Below, in pieces: positions 31,157-41,901 of a stretch of DNA of 64,000 nucleotides. The notes beneath the pieces were generated by a model that saw nothing but the letters and a program-made list of their open reading frames with translations, had not been told where the DNA came from and did no database searches. Made by a program: the position numbers and the translations under genes. The first letter of the stretch is position 1. Each line of letters begins with the position of its first letter. The stretch comes from Candidatus Oxydemutatoraceae bacterium (GTDB lineage: Bacteria; Pseudomonadota; Gammaproteobacteria; Poriferisulfidales; Oxydemutatoraceae), in assembly GCA_965218975.1 (NCBI GenBank), contig OZ244717.1:1152001-1216000 (forward strand). Reading direction: 5' to 3'.

Positions 31157-32635
31157 CGTCTGAATGCCAAAGGACAAACAAAACGACCGTTTAAGCACTG
31201 CCGCACGCGCAAGCTGCAACACTTCAAAGCACAGTTATCCGGGGCAATCCGGGGCATTGCATCGCAAATAGATACGATTGCGCGTGATCGGCACGGAGTG
31301 CGCCGCACTATATTAACGGTGTACGTGTCCGGAGACATAGATGTCTATACCCGTATGGCAACGGCAACCGGCCGCTGTAACAACTGCCGCATGCTGCATT
31401 CCCGCGCTTGACCTCGGCGGTGCTGCCGCAACCGGTAAAATACATCCTGACCGACAACGGCAGCGCGTTTCAAAGGCAGTTTGCCCGGCTCATCCGGGAA
31501 TCACCTGCGATCGAGCAACGGCCGATCGACCCTAAGTGTCTAAAGATGAACGCGCACGTCGAACGGTTTAACTGTACCGTTCGGCGCACCGTCTTGGAAG
31601 ATCGGATTGATTATGCAAAAGACCTGCTATTCACCGACACGCAAGTATTCAATAACCGGTTGTGAAACCGTTTTGTGTTTGTTGGCGGGTTATCAGCACA
31701 GTACTTGTCATCCATGACGGGACTTGGTTCTGTTAATCAGCGCCAGCCCCGACGTCCTTGTCGGGTCGTTCGCCGCTGAAAACCGATCGGTTTTCCGGGC
31801 GCGTCTCACCCTGACCGACAACGGCAGCGCGTTTCAAAGGCAGTTTGCCCGGCTCATCCGGGAATCACCCGTGATTGTGCAGTGGCTGACCTATCTCAAG
31901 TGTCCAAAAATGAACGCGCATATCGAGCGCTTCAACCGCACCGTCCAAAAAGATTGTACCGATCATGCAGAAGACCTGCTATTCGCCGATACGGAAGCAT
32001 TCAATGACCGGTTATGAACCCGTTTTGTAGTTTGTTGGCAGGTTATTAGCACAGTACTTGTCATCCATGACGGGACTTGGTTCTGTTAATCAGCGCCAGC
32101 CCCGACGTCCTTGTCGGGTCGTTCGCCGCTGAAAACCGATCGGTTTTCCGGGCGCGTCTCACCCTGCTCGACAACGGCAGCGCGTTTCAAAGGCAGTTTG
32201 CCCGGCTCATCCGGGAATCACCTGCGATCGAGCAACGGCCGATCGACCCTAAGTGTCTAAAGATGAACGCGCACGTCGAACGGTTTAACTGTACCGTTCG
32301 GCGCACCGTCTTGGAAGATCGGATTGATTATGCAAAAGACCTGCTATTCACCGACACGCAAGTATTCAATGACCGGTTGTGAAACCGTTTTGTGTTTGTT
32401 GGCGGGTTATCAGCACAGTACTTGTCATCCATGACGGGACTTGGTTCTGTTAATCAGCGCCAGCCCCGACGTCCTTGTCGGGTCGTTCGCCGCTGAAAAC
32501 CGATCGGTTTTCCGGGCGCGTCTCACCCTGCACCGTCCTCATGCCGGCAACGGACAGAAAGCACCGATCCGAATGTTACTGCCGAACGCTTCCCCCGAAG
32601 CCCTTCAAAAATCCCATTTAGGGTGGCATCGTACA
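31157..32635 (+). mobile_element. Locus B: 5'-truncated family-1 IS481 remnant with triplicated catalytic-core segment
   Basis: RLNAKGQTKRPFK fragment; LTDNGSAF...KMNAH.ERFN.T three times, each followed by a repeat; ends at right TIR ...GGGTGGCATCGTACA (32635). Confidence 0.88.
31664..32530 (+). repeat. Three repeat cassettes (31664-31813, 32016-32170, 32381-32530) separated by about 200-bp transposase segments
   Basis: GAAACCGTTTTGTG...GCGCGTCTCACCCTG three times, with locus-specific SNPs (CACAGTACTTGTCATCC, CTGTTAATC). Confidence 0.96.
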
Positions 32636-32716
32636 CATCATTCACTGGGGTTGCAATCCCCGATACAATCGCTCCTGACTCACCACCCGAAGTGCCAAAT
32701 GTTATGGACCTATACA
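32636..32716 (+). mobile_element. Right end of a family-2 IS481 element
   Basis: Encodes HHSLGLQSPIQ...CQMLWTYT; closely matches about 53734-53814; ends ...TATACA. Confidence 0.85.
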
Positions 32717-32824
32717 TTGGGGTGACACAGAGCGAAATTTATGAAATTATTGCATGTCGCATTGTTAGTGGCTGCTGTGGTTAATTGAATAATTGTCGTA
32801 AGGACCGCGTGTGAGTCTGTAATT

Positions 32825-33532
32825 CTAAAACCACAATTTCAAAATGGCAGCATAGCCTATTGGCGCACCGCCAAATTCGACGAATACATCTTTGAAACAA
32901 GACCACAAATAATCAGTCGAAGCGTTATCAAATATAAGATTAAATGCAGGCGTATCCTTGATATCATTTCGAATAATAATCGCATTCATGCGAGCGACCG
33001 ATGTTTGTGCGATGGCACCATTAATAAATTTATTTAGGCGTAAATCCACTCCGCACATTTTTGCGAACATTTCACTTGCATATTTTCCGGTAATAAGAAA
33101 CCAAGCCGATAAATTAAAGCGTGGTACCGAATAACAATTCCTCGGATTACTACGCTGGTATTTTTCATCGAAGCTTGCGCACTGATTTTTTTTGCTGCTA
33201 AGAGCGTTCAGCGCCAGTATTTCCGTATCAGCTAATCTAGCAATTAGCATGCTATTATTTTGTAAATAAGCTCGATTGTTTTGCCGGCCAATCTCTAATC
33301 CCTGCGATTGCCCCCATTGAATAGATTCACGGCCTTTAAAACCCGTTCGAGGTAGAACGGATAGATCAGCTATGCTAAGTTGCTTGGCTTGAGTAACTTC
33401 CTGTCCGACAGTTCGGCCATAATTCTCAACGAGTGCGGCGCCGTTTTGTTCTAGGAAAAGCGCTCCTTCGGCTTGCAATGTTCGATAGTGAGAGCAACGT
33501 GTGATGAAATTTGTTGGTTGTACTCGGAGCAT
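32825..33532 (-). CDS. mgdD: N-methylglutamate dehydrogenase/sarcosine oxidase gamma-type subunit
   Basis: ADLSVLPRTGFKG, MFAKMCGVDLR, AQTSVAR; last gene of a beta-delta-alpha-gamma operon. Confidence 0.78.
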   Translation of the reverse strand: MLRVQPTNFITRCSHYRTLQAEGALFLEQNGAALVENYGRTVGQEVTQAKQLSIADLSVLPRTGFKGRESIQWGQSQGLEIGRQNNRAYLQNNSMLIARLADTEILALNALSSKKNQCASFDEKYQRSNPRNCYSVPRFNLSAWFLITGKYASEMFAKMCGVDLRLNKFINGAIAQTSVARMNAIIIRNDIKDTPAFNLIFDNASTDYLWSCFKDVFVEFGGAPIGYAAILKLWF

Positions 33533-33534
33533 AA

Positions 33535-36459
33535 TTATATTTCCTGACGTTTGTTTTTCGGATCATAAAATGGTATCTCAACGACATAGGCAGTGGTAAT
33601 AGTTCCGCAGCTAAGTTTAATATCTATACTCATACCGAGCTCTGTATTTGCCTCGGCATACGCTAGACCGATTATTTTGTTCAGAGTGGGTGAATACGCA
33701 ACCGATGTGATATGTCCGACTATCTTTTCACCATTTAAGATAAGATTAGATTCCTTAGGGATCTTGTTGCGTATTTGTTCAATTGTGAAGCCTACCAGTT
33801 TGCGATCGTATGGATGCTTATCAATGAGCTGCAATGAACGTCCGCCTACAAAGAAAGGTTTCTTTTTAGCGATAGCCCAAGTCATCTGCACTTCTTGCGG
33901 AGTAGTCATGGCATCGGTATCTTGACTGACAATAATGTGACCTTTTTCTAAGCGCAACGATCGTTGCGCTTCGATACCGACCGGTTGAATGTCATGTTTT
34001 TTTCCGGCTTCTAGCAAGATATCCCACAGCGCTTCACCCTGTGAATATGGCACATGGATTTCATAGCCCAATTCTCCGACAAAACCAACGCGTAGTAAGC
34101 GCGCGGGAATATTCGCAACCGTACCGCTTCGAAGCGCTAAATAAGGAAAGCCTTCCGTTGATAAATCAATGTCGTTGCAAACTCTTTTTAGTACTTCGCG
34201 AGCCTTGGGGCCGGCGATATTTACGCCTGCATACGCCGCTGTTACGTTAGTAACGTCTACGTCTAAGCACCATTGAGCGTTCCACCACAGCATAGTACGG
34301 TGCACGTTATCCACGCCGCCTGTCGTTGCAGTGACATAAAAATGTTCATCGCCGAATCGGCAAGCAACGCCATCGTCAATGATAGTTCCCGCTGTATTGG
34401 TCATTAACAAATAACGGACGGTATTAATTTTTTGCTTTGCGTAAGCGAAGGTGTATATACGGTTTAGAAATTCCGCTGCGTCCGGCCCGCGAATTTCAAG
34501 TCCGCCTAAAGTAGAAACGTCAATTAAACCTACGTTGTTGCGGATGGCTAAGTTTTCATCACGTACGCACTGTTCACGGTTTTGTTTTGCGCCATAATAA
34601 GCGGGGCGCCACCAAAGCCCCGCAGGTATCATTTTGGCGCCGGCTTCCAGATGCCGATGATGCATTGCGGTGAAGCGTTCCGGTTCAAAACGGCGACCTG
34701 CAATTACACCTAGTTTTTCCGCACGAAAGGGCGGACGTGCCGTGGTCACACCTATTTCCGCAACAGTGCGCCGCGACTCGTTAGCGACTAAACGTGCCGT
34801 AGCTAATGCAGAGTGACGACCTTGAGAAGGTCCCATACCCACTGTTGAGTAACGTTTTACCAGTTCGAGTTCCGAGTATCCGTCTTTATAAGCGTTGATA
34901 ATATCGGCAAATTGCACATCTTCGTCTAGGTCGACAAATTCCTTACCTTGCGGATGAGCAAAGATAGGCCACGGATGGTTAATATTTGTATATGAAGTGA
35001 TGGAATCAGTTTGTATAGGGATGGTATTTTTTACAGCAAGCCTTAAATGATTGCACACAGTTTGTGCCGCTCGCTTACCGGACTCAAACAATGCGCTTAG
35101 TTCATTGGCACTATCGGCAGCTCCGGCTAGGTGTAGGCATTTTGGCAGCTGCGTAATGGAGAACATGGCAGTTTCATCATCATACGAAATTTTACCGCCG
35201 GCCTGTAGAGCCAGTTGATAAGTAGGGGTAAAACCTACCGAGACGGACAAAAGATCGCAATTATAACGCTTGGATTCATTTGCGCATTGCCCTTGGGCGA
35301 TTATTTTGCGCAGCTCCACTTCATTAATATGATTTTTATCCGCTCGAGGTTTTGCGGCATAGACTGTGTATCCGTGATAAACCGTTATGTTTAAATCACG
35401 TATTTTTTCATATAATAGCAAGTGGGCCGGAGATTCGCGTAAGTCTGCGATGGCTGCGACTTCTACCCCATGTTCTATTAAATCTAATGCGACAGCGTAA
35501 CCATAATCGCCCGCGGTTAGCACTACGGCACGTTTGCCGGGCCGAACGCCGTATAAGCGAATTAAACGCTGTGTGGCAGAACCAAGTAATACACCTGGAA
35601 GATCATTATTATGAAAGATTGCAGGCTGTTCCATGTTTCCGGAAGCAAGAATCATTTGCTTAGCGCGTAACTTGTACATGCGGTTCCCGTTGATTATTGG
35701 CAGCCAATTATCGGCAAACCACCCGTTACATACCGAATTAGTCATTACCTCAATGTTGGGGTGTTTAATAATGGCTTCAATAAAGTCATTGCGCAAAGCG
35801 GGGGCGATTGTCGCTTCGGCATCAAAACGCGCGTAATTTAACGAACCGCCTAAAATTGGTTCTTGTTCTATGAGTACGACTTCCGCGCCTGCTTCGGCTG
35901 TAGTTAGAGCGGATTTCAATCCGGCCGGACCACCGCCTATCACTGCCACATCACAAAACTTGTAGCTTTTATCGTAATATTCATGTGCTGTATTTTGGTT
36001 TACACATCCAAGTCCGGCGCGTTTTCGCACGATCGGTTCCCAGAAGTTTTGCCATATCCCTCTAGGACGAAAGAACGCTTTATAATAAAACCCTACCGGT
36101 AAAAATTTCCCGATAAAATTTATTTTTGTTTCTTTATCGTTTTCTAAACTGCCTGTATAGTTTTGCCCGCTAACTTTTAAGTTCGGAGAAATTTTGCGGC
36201 GGTCTGCCGCCACGTTCGGCTCATTCTCAAGCTGAACCAGTGTATTGGCTTCAAGTCCGGCCATCGACATCACTCCGCGGGGGCGATGGTATTTAAATGA
36301 GCGCGATATTAACCAAACATCATTTGCCGCCAGCGCGCTGGCGATGGTATCTCCTAATAGGCCTGTGTAAGTTTGGCCCTCAAAACTAAAGACAATTGGC
36401 TTATCGTGATCGATAAGTAAACCAGCCGGTTTTTGTAAACGATTGGATATGGTTTCCAT
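33535..36459 (-). CDS. mgdC: N-methylglutamate dehydrogenase/sarcosine oxidase alpha-type subunit
   Basis: GDTIASAL, RSFKYHRPRG, VIGGGPAG, KRYSTVGMGPSQG, C-terminal GcvT-like domain (DVSTLG, GELGYE, LRLEKG). Confidence 0.88.
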   Translation of the reverse strand: METISNRLQKPAGLLIDHDKPIVFSFEGQTYTGLLGDTIASALAANDVWLISRSFKYHRPRGVMSMAGLEANTLVQLENEPNVAADRRKISPNLKVSGQNYTGSLENDKETKINFIGKFLPVGFYYKAFFRPRGIWQNFWEPIVRKRAGLGCVNQNTAHEYYDKSYKFCDVAVIGGGPAGLKSALTTAEAGAEVVLIEQEPILGGSLNYARFDAEATIAPALRNDFIEAIIKHPNIEVMTNSVCNGWFADNWLPIINGNRMYKLRAKQMILASGNMEQPAIFHNNDLPGVLLGSATQRLIRLYGVRPGKRAVVLTAGDYGYAVALDLIEHGVEVAAIADLRESPAHLLLYEKIRDLNITVYHGYTVYAAKPRADKNHINEVELRKIIAQGQCANESKRYNCDLLSVSVGFTPTYQLALQAGGKISYDDETAMFSITQLPKCLHLAGAADSANELSALFESGKRAAQTVCNHLRLAVKNTIPIQTDSITSYTNINHPWPIFAHPQGKEFVDLDEDVQFADIINAYKDGYSELELVKRYSTVGMGPSQGRHSALATARLVANESRRTVAEIGVTTARPPFRAEKLGVIAGRRFEPERFTAMHHRHLEAGAKMIPAGLWWRPAYYGAKQNREQCVRDENLAIRNNVGLIDVSTLGGLEIRGPDAAEFLNRIYTFAYAKQKINTVRYLLMTNTAGTIIDDGVACRFGDEHFYVTATTGGVDNVHRTMLWWNAQWCLDVDVTNVTAAYAGVNIAGPKAREVLKRVCNDIDLSTEGFPYLALRSGTVANIPARLLRVGFVGELGYEIHVPYSQGEALWDILLEAGKKHDIQPVGIEAQRSLRLEKGHIIVSQDTDAMTTPQEVQMTWAIAKKKPFFVGGRSLQLIDKHPYDRKLVGFTIEQIRNKIPKESNLILNGEKIVGHITSVAYSPTLNKIIGLAYAEANTELGMSIDIKLSCGTITTAYVVEIPFYDPKNKRQEI

Positions 36460-36482
36460 GTAAATGTATTTTGAATATTCCG

Positions 36483-36758
36483 CTAGAAATCAATGCGTTT
36501 GGAAAAAATTCTATCGGCAGGATAAGTCTTTAAAATTTCATCGGTCAAGGTATTGCGTTCCGCAATAAACCAATAAGAAGTGGCGACATGACACCACCAT
36601 TCGCGAACAACGCCTGCTGTATTGTTAGACATCCACATAAAATCCGCCCACTGTTCGTCGTTCATGCTTTTCGGATTATGTGTGTCCGCTACTTCGCCGA
36701 AACAGACAAACTCTGAGATATTGCGCGGACCATTTAAAGGGCAATCCATTATTTTCAC
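36483..36758 (-). CDS. mgdB: N-methylglutamate dehydrogenase/sarcosine oxidase delta-type subunit
   Basis: KIMDCPLNGPRNISEF, EWWCH, ERNTLTDEI. GTG start at 36758 with AGAGGA RBS. Confidence 0.85.
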   Translation of the reverse strand: MKIMDCPLNGPRNISEFVCFGEVADTHNPKSMNDEQWADFMWMSNNTAGVVREWWCHVATSYWFIAERNTLTDEILKTYPADRIFSKRIDF

Positions 36759-36768
36759 GTCATATCCT

Positions 36769-38010
36769 CTAATGACTAGCGGCCGTCGCACCGGCTTCGT
36801 TCGATAGTTTGAAAGTTTTAAAGCGATTCAATTTAAACGGTTCGATCATTTCTACAGATTTTTCTTGTGCAATGGTTTCTGCCATACATTTTCCGGCAAT
36901 GGGAGTTGCTTTGAACCCCCAAGTTCCCCAACCGGCATCAAGCCAATAATTTTTTATCGGACTTTCACCCATGATGGGGCTGTAATCTGGGGTCATGTCG
37001 GTAATGCCCGTCCATTGGCGTAATAATTTAAGTTGTGCAAAGAAAGGAAATAATTCCAATGTGTGCGCAATAAGGCTTTCTTTAAGATCAAGGGTGGATC
37101 GTGTCGAGTACAATTCATAAGGGTCGGAGCCACCTCCTATCAGAATTTCTCCTCGTGCCGTTTGTGAAATGTAAACATGCAGCCCGGCCGAGCTTACCAA
37201 CGGATCAAGAAACGGTTTAATCGGTTGTGTCACCATAGCTTGCAATGGGTAACTGCGAATAGGTAGTAAAATTCCGGCCATTTTTGCCACGACTGAACTC
37301 ATGCCGGCAACGGCCTGTACCGTATGCCCGCATTGAATAGTGCCTCGATTCGTTTCTACAGCTGTTACTTTGCCGGCATCAATCCGGAAGCCTGTTACTT
37401 CTGTGCGCTGATGAATTTCAACACCTAGTTGCGCAGCACGCAGCGCATAGCCCCACGCAACCGCATCATGTCTTGCGATTCCTCCATCGCGGTGCCATAA
37501 CCCTGCTAAGATGGGGAAACGTGCATTCTTATCCATATTTAAGCATGGTACGAGTTCACGGATTTGTTTTCGATCAATCATTTCCGAACGTACACCCAAG
37601 TGTTTGTTTACTTCTGCACGCAAAGTAAAAGTACGCACGCTGGCGTCATTGTGGGCTAAAGTCAGTTGACCGCGTTGCGAGTACATTTGGTTATAGCCTA
37701 ATTCGTTGGACAAGTTTTTAAATAGGTCTACTGACGCTTTGTAAAATGCAACGGACTCCGGAGAAATGTAATTGGAGCGAATCACTGTGGTATTGCGCGC
37801 AGTATTTCCACCACCGACATAACCTTTATCCAGTACGACAATATTGGCAATGCCGTGATAACGAGCTAAGTGATAAGCGATAGACAGGCCGTGGCCGCCG
37901 GCGCCTATAATAGCTATATCGTATGATTTTTTTAAATCACGAGATGCGGGGATATCGCGGCGCGCGGGATATTTAGAAGCAAAACCGTATTTTAATAAAC
38001 CCCATGGCAT
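36769..38010 (-). CDS. mgdA: N-methylglutamate dehydrogenase/sarcosine oxidase beta-type FAD subunit
   Basis: IIGAGGHG, GGGNTARNT, ARHDAVAWGY, GWGTWGFKATP, C-terminal AASH. Features fit the Mgd clade as I recall it. Confidence 0.85.
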   Translation of the reverse strand: MPWGLLKYGFASKYPARRDIPASRDLKKSYDIAIIGAGGHGLSIAYHLARYHGIANIVVLDKGYVGGGNTARNTTVIRSNYISPESVAFYKASVDLFKNLSNELGYNQMYSQRGQLTLAHNDASVRTFTLRAEVNKHLGVRSEMIDRKQIRELVPCLNMDKNARFPILAGLWHRDGGIARHDAVAWGYALRAAQLGVEIHQRTEVTGFRIDAGKVTAVETNRGTIQCGHTVQAVAGMSSVVAKMAGILLPIRSYPLQAMVTQPIKPFLDPLVSSAGLHVYISQTARGEILIGGGSDPYELYSTRSTLDLKESLIAHTLELFPFFAQLKLLRQWTGITDMTPDYSPIMGESPIKNYWLDAGWGTWGFKATPIAGKCMAETIAQEKSVEMIEPFKLNRFKTFKLSNEAGATAASH

Positions 38011-38036
38011 GGATATCTCCTAAATTTCCGCTTTTT

Positions 38037-39710
38037 TTAAAACAACCCTATTATTTCATTATTGGCATCAATATCAATGTTATTAGCTGCAGGCTTTTTG
38101 GGTAAACCAGGCATCGTCATAATGTGCCCGCATAGCACCACTAAGAATTCAGCGCCGGTGGATAAATATACATCTTTAATCGGCACCACATGTCCTGAAG
38201 GAGCACCTAACAGATCGGGGTCCGTTGAAAATGAATATTGTGTTTTGGCTATGCAAACGGGGTAGTGCCCATAACCTTCCTCTTGGTAACGCTTAATCTT
38301 ATTGCGAACTTTTATTTCAGCGATGACATTGCTCGCGCCATAAATTTTGTTTGCCACTTTTGTAATTTTTGTCCATAACGTATCGTTCTCTTCGTAGACA
38401 AAATGCAAATCGGGCGGCACTTGAGCAATTTCATCAATCACGGTTTTAGCCAGATCTTCTGCGCCCGTCCCTCCGTAAGCCCAGTGATTGCATTCGATCG
38501 TTTTTACATTATGGTGCGCCATTTTTTCTTGCAATAGTGAAATTTCAGCATTGGTGTCCGAGGTGAATCTGTTAATCGCTACGACACAAGGTAGGCCAAA
38601 ATGATTACGAATATTATTTATGTGGCGTTCTAAATTTGGAATACCTTTTTCCAACGCGGCAAGATTTTCACGCTCAACGTCTTTTAATTTCACATGGCCA
38701 TGGAACTTTAAAGCGCGAATGGTTGCCACAATCACGACTAAAGATGGTTGCAAGCCTGCTTTCCTGCATTTGATGTCGAGAAATTTTTCCGCTCCGAGGT
38801 CCGCGCCAAAGCCAGCTTCGGTCACCACATAATCAGCGAGTTTTAAAGCAGTTTTGGTGGCAATTACAGAGTTGCAACCATGTGCGATATTGCCAAAGGG
38901 CCCGCCGTGTATAAACGCTAGGTTATTTTCTAGAGTTTGGACTAAATTTGGCTTAATCGCATCTTTTAATAAAGCAGTCATCGCCCCCTGTGCGTTAATA
39001 TCACGTGCATGGATTACATCGCCATTACAGTTATATCCGCAAATGATATTGCCTAGCCGGTTTCGCAAGTCTCGGATAGAAGTTGTAAAACACAAGATCG
39101 CCATAATTTCTGATGCGGTGACTATGTCGTAACCGGTTTCGCGTGGATGACCATTTGCGACGCCGCCGATGCCTACGATGATTTTACGTAAGGCACGGTC
39201 ATTTAAATCTATAACACGTTTCCATGAGATGCGTCGGTCGTCAAAACCTAGCGGATTGCCCTGCTGTAGATGATTGTCGATGAGAGCTGCGAGTAAATTA
39301 TGCGCTAAGCTGATGGCATGAAAATCCCCTGTGAAATGTAAATTGATATCTTCCATGGGAACAACTTGTGCGTAACCCCCTCCCGCAGCTCCGCCTTTCA
39401 TGCCAAAACAAGGCCCTAAAGATGGTTCGCGTATACAAATTAGCGTGTGTTTGCCGATACGGTTGAGTGCATCACCTAACCCGATCGTTGTGGTTGTTTT
39501 GCCTTCACCCGGAGGGGTAGGGCTGATCGCGGTGATTAAAATAAGTTTTCCGTAGTTTCGTTCCTCCAGAGAATGAATGAAATCTAGTGAAAGCTTGGCC
39601 TTATAGTGGCCGTACGGTTCTAAGTGTCGATCTTCTATATTAAGTTTTTTGCCCGCAAGACGAACAATATTTTGCATCTCCGCGTGTTTTGCAATGTCGA
39701 AGTCAGTCAT
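38037..39710 (-). CDS. fhs: Formate--tetrahydrofolate ligase
   Basis: [50 protein letters not shown]. Confidence 0.97.
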   Translation of the reverse strand: MTDFDIAKHAEMQNIVRLAGKKLNIEDRHLEPYGHYKAKLSLDFIHSLEERNYGKLILITAISPTPPGEGKTTTTIGLGDALNRIGKHTLICIREPSLGPCFGMKGGAAGGGYAQVVPMEDINLHFTGDFHAISLAHNLLAALIDNHLQQGNPLGFDDRRISWKRVIDLNDRALRKIIVGIGGVANGHPRETGYDIVTASEIMAILCFTTSIRDLRNRLGNIICGYNCNGDVIHARDINAQGAMTALLKDAIKPNLVQTLENNLAFIHGGPFGNIAHGCNSVIATKTALKLADYVVTEAGFGADLGAEKFLDIKCRKAGLQPSLVVIVATIRALKFHGHVKLKDVERENLAALEKGIPNLERHINNIRNHFGLPCVVAINRFTSDTNAEISLLQEKMAHHNVKTIECNHWAYGGTGAEDLAKTVIDEIAQVPPDLHFVYEENDTLWTKITKVANKIYGASNVIAEIKVRNKIKRYQEEGYGHYPVCIAKTQYSFSTDPDLLGAPSGHVVPIKDVYLSTGAEFLVVLCGHIMTMPGLPKKPAANNIDIDANNEIIGLF

Positions 39711-39969
39711 TTTTATGCTTCTGTTCAAAATTATTTTACTTGTTGAATTTCAGAGCATGTGTTATTACACTTAGCCAGAGTTCAATTCATAGCTTAAAAG
39801 ATAGATTGATCAAATGCAGGGCATCATTCTTTGTACTACCATTATGGTCAATTGCTCGAAGGAAATACTCCTTAATGAGTAACAAAGGAATCGAATAAAT
39901 TCACTATATTATGTACATTATGTACGCGACGTTCTCTTATCTTAATTGTAGGACTAAAATTGAACAAAT

Positions 39970-40854
39970 ATGACAGCGACATTAATTGACGGCAAAAAAA
40001 TTTCTACTCTGATTAAGGCAGAAGTTTCTGAGGAAATAAGCGCCCTAAAATCAAGAGGTATATATCCTTGCCTTGCGGTAATTTTGGTTGGCGATGATCC
40101 TGCTTCATGTACTTATGTGAAGGCAAAACAAAAAGCTTGCGAGCAGGTGGGGATACGTTCAATTCAGCATAGCCTTGCGGACGATATTGATGCAAGTGTA
40201 TTGCTAGATTTAATAGGTAAGTTAAATCAAGATTCGGCGGTGCACGGCATATTGGTGCAGTTGCCTTTGCCTTCGCATATCGATGAAAATAAGGTAATTG
40301 AAGCGGTTGCGGTAACAAAAGACGTAGATGGTTTTCATCCTTTTAACGTTGGTCGGCTATCTATAGGCCTTGACGCATTAATTTCGTGCACTCCCTATGG
40401 TGTGTCTGAATTAATTGCCAGAAGCGGCATTGAAACTAATGGTAAACATGCGGTTATTGTCGGGCGTAGCAATATCGTAGGCAAGCCGCTAATGAATCTA
40501 CTCGTTCGGAAAGCGGAAAATGCGAATGCGACGGTGACGGTGTGTCATTCTAGGACTCGGGATATTAAAAGCTATACTCTTCAAGCGGATATTTTAGTGG
40601 CAGCGATCGGTCAAGCGAATTTTATTACTGCCGATATGGTAAAGCCCGGTGCAGTGGTCATTGATGTTGGTATTAATAGTGTTGAAAAACAAGCGAAGCG
40701 TCATTTAGTGGGTGATGTTGAATTTGACAGTGTAAAAGAAGTCGCTTCTAAAATTACGCCTGTGCCCGGCGGTGTGGGTCCGATGACGGTGGCCATGTTG
40801 ATGCAAAATGTCGCAAAAGCCGCTGCAACGCATACCTGCGGCAAAGTCTTGTAA
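39970..40854 (+). CDS. folD: Methylene-THF dehydrogenase/cyclohydrolase
   Basis: HGILVQLPLP, KDVDGFHP, GRSNIVGKP, TPVPGGVGPMT. Confidence 0.97.
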   Translation: MTATLIDGKKISTLIKAEVSEEISALKSRGIYPCLAVILVGDDPASCTYVKAKQKACEQVGIRSIQHSLADDIDASVLLDLIGKLNQDSAVHGILVQLPLPSHIDENKVIEAVAVTKDVDGFHPFNVGRLSIGLDALISCTPYGVSELIARSGIETNGKHAVIVGRSNIVGKPLMNLLVRKAENANATVTVCHSRTRDIKSYTLQADILVAAIGQANFITADMVKPGAVVIDVGINSVEKQAKRHLVGDVEFDSVKEVASKITPVPGGVGPMTVAMLMQNVAKAAATHTCGKVL

Positions 40855-40866
40855 TGAATTTTTAGA

Positions 40867-41622
40867 TTATTTGCATATCCATCCTATTGCTTGTCGGATA
40901 TCTTGTGCAATACGAACGTCGTTATTACGCAAGCGCGAATCATCGTTACTTCGATATTTTCCGGTTTTAACCAGAATGGCTTGCAGTCCGGCCGCAGTTG
41001 CGCCATTTATATCTGATTCCACATCGTCGCCGATCATTACCACTTGTTCAGGAGTGCAGGCAAATCCCTTGATTGCTTCGAGGAAGAATTCCTTCGACGG
41101 TTTGCCAAGGATGGTGGCTTTTACGCCACTCGCTGTTTCTAACGCTCGTACAAAGGGGCCGGCATCCAAACTGAAGCCGTCTTCTTCTTTGAAATAACGG
41201 TTTGCTCCCATAGCAAACAATGGTGCCCCGGAAAATAAAAGTCGAAAAGCGATATTTAGCTTTTCATAATTGAATTCTTTTCCTGCGTCCCCCAATAAAA
41301 CCGCATTAAATTTAGTATCGGGAAAATCTGAAAATTCCGGCATGAGATTTGAATGAACTAGTAAGTAGGGGGTTAAGCCTTTTTCTTTAATGTATTGTTT
41401 TGCGGCAAGCGGTGCCGTGAATAGCAGGTCCTTGCTGATGTTAAATCGCATAGTCGAGAGTTTTTTTAGTATGTCGGCAGACGTGCTACGCGTTGTATTC
41501 GTGATAAAACGAGCGGGAAGATTATGAGTGTGCAATTGGTCTATGGCTTCTTGCGCGCCGGCGATGGGTTTGCTTCCAATATAAATAACTCCGCTTAGGT
41601 CCAGTAATACACCTTTAATCAT
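40867..41622 (-). CDS. HAD-superfamily subfamily IIA hydrolase (LHPP/HDHD2-like, TIGR01458 type)
   Basis: LLDLSGV, TNTT, GKPS..FF, MIGDDVESD, VKTGKYR. Confidence 0.88.
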   Translation of the reverse strand: MIKGVLLDLSGVIYIGSKPIAGAQEAIDQLHTHNLPARFITNTTRSTSADILKKLSTMRFNISKDLLFTAPLAAKQYIKEKGLTPYLLVHSNLMPEFSDFPDTKFNAVLLGDAGKEFNYEKLNIAFRLLFSGAPLFAMGANRYFKEEDGFSLDAGPFVRALETASGVKATILGKPSKEFFLEAIKGFACTPEQVVMIGDDVESDINGATAAGLQAILVKTGKYRSNDDSRLRNNDVRIAQDIRQAIGWICK

Positions 41623-41768
41623 GGCTTGCCCCGATTATGAGGGTAAGGGGGAAGTTAATTTCGGCATAATAGAGCGTTTTATTCTTTTTTGATGCCACAC
41701 TCGCTCGGCTATGTTTCTATTTGCGCCCTTTGCCGCATTTTTTTACGATAGCCCTGTTCCCTATAAGT

Positions 41769-41805
41769 AAAAACCCGCGTTCATCAAATTAATCATAAAC
41801 GCGGG
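41769..41805 (-). terminator. Putative Rho-independent terminator downstream of the porin gene
   Basis: Minus strand: CCCGCGTT...AACGCGGG stem followed by TTTTT. Confidence 0.65.
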
Positions 41806-41901
41806 AGGCAATAGCGCATGTAGGAAATTGTGAGATAGCGATATGGAGTTTGGAGTCGGACGTGCGTTGCAATTCTATCGCTTTATATAGCATTATTGAT
41901 T

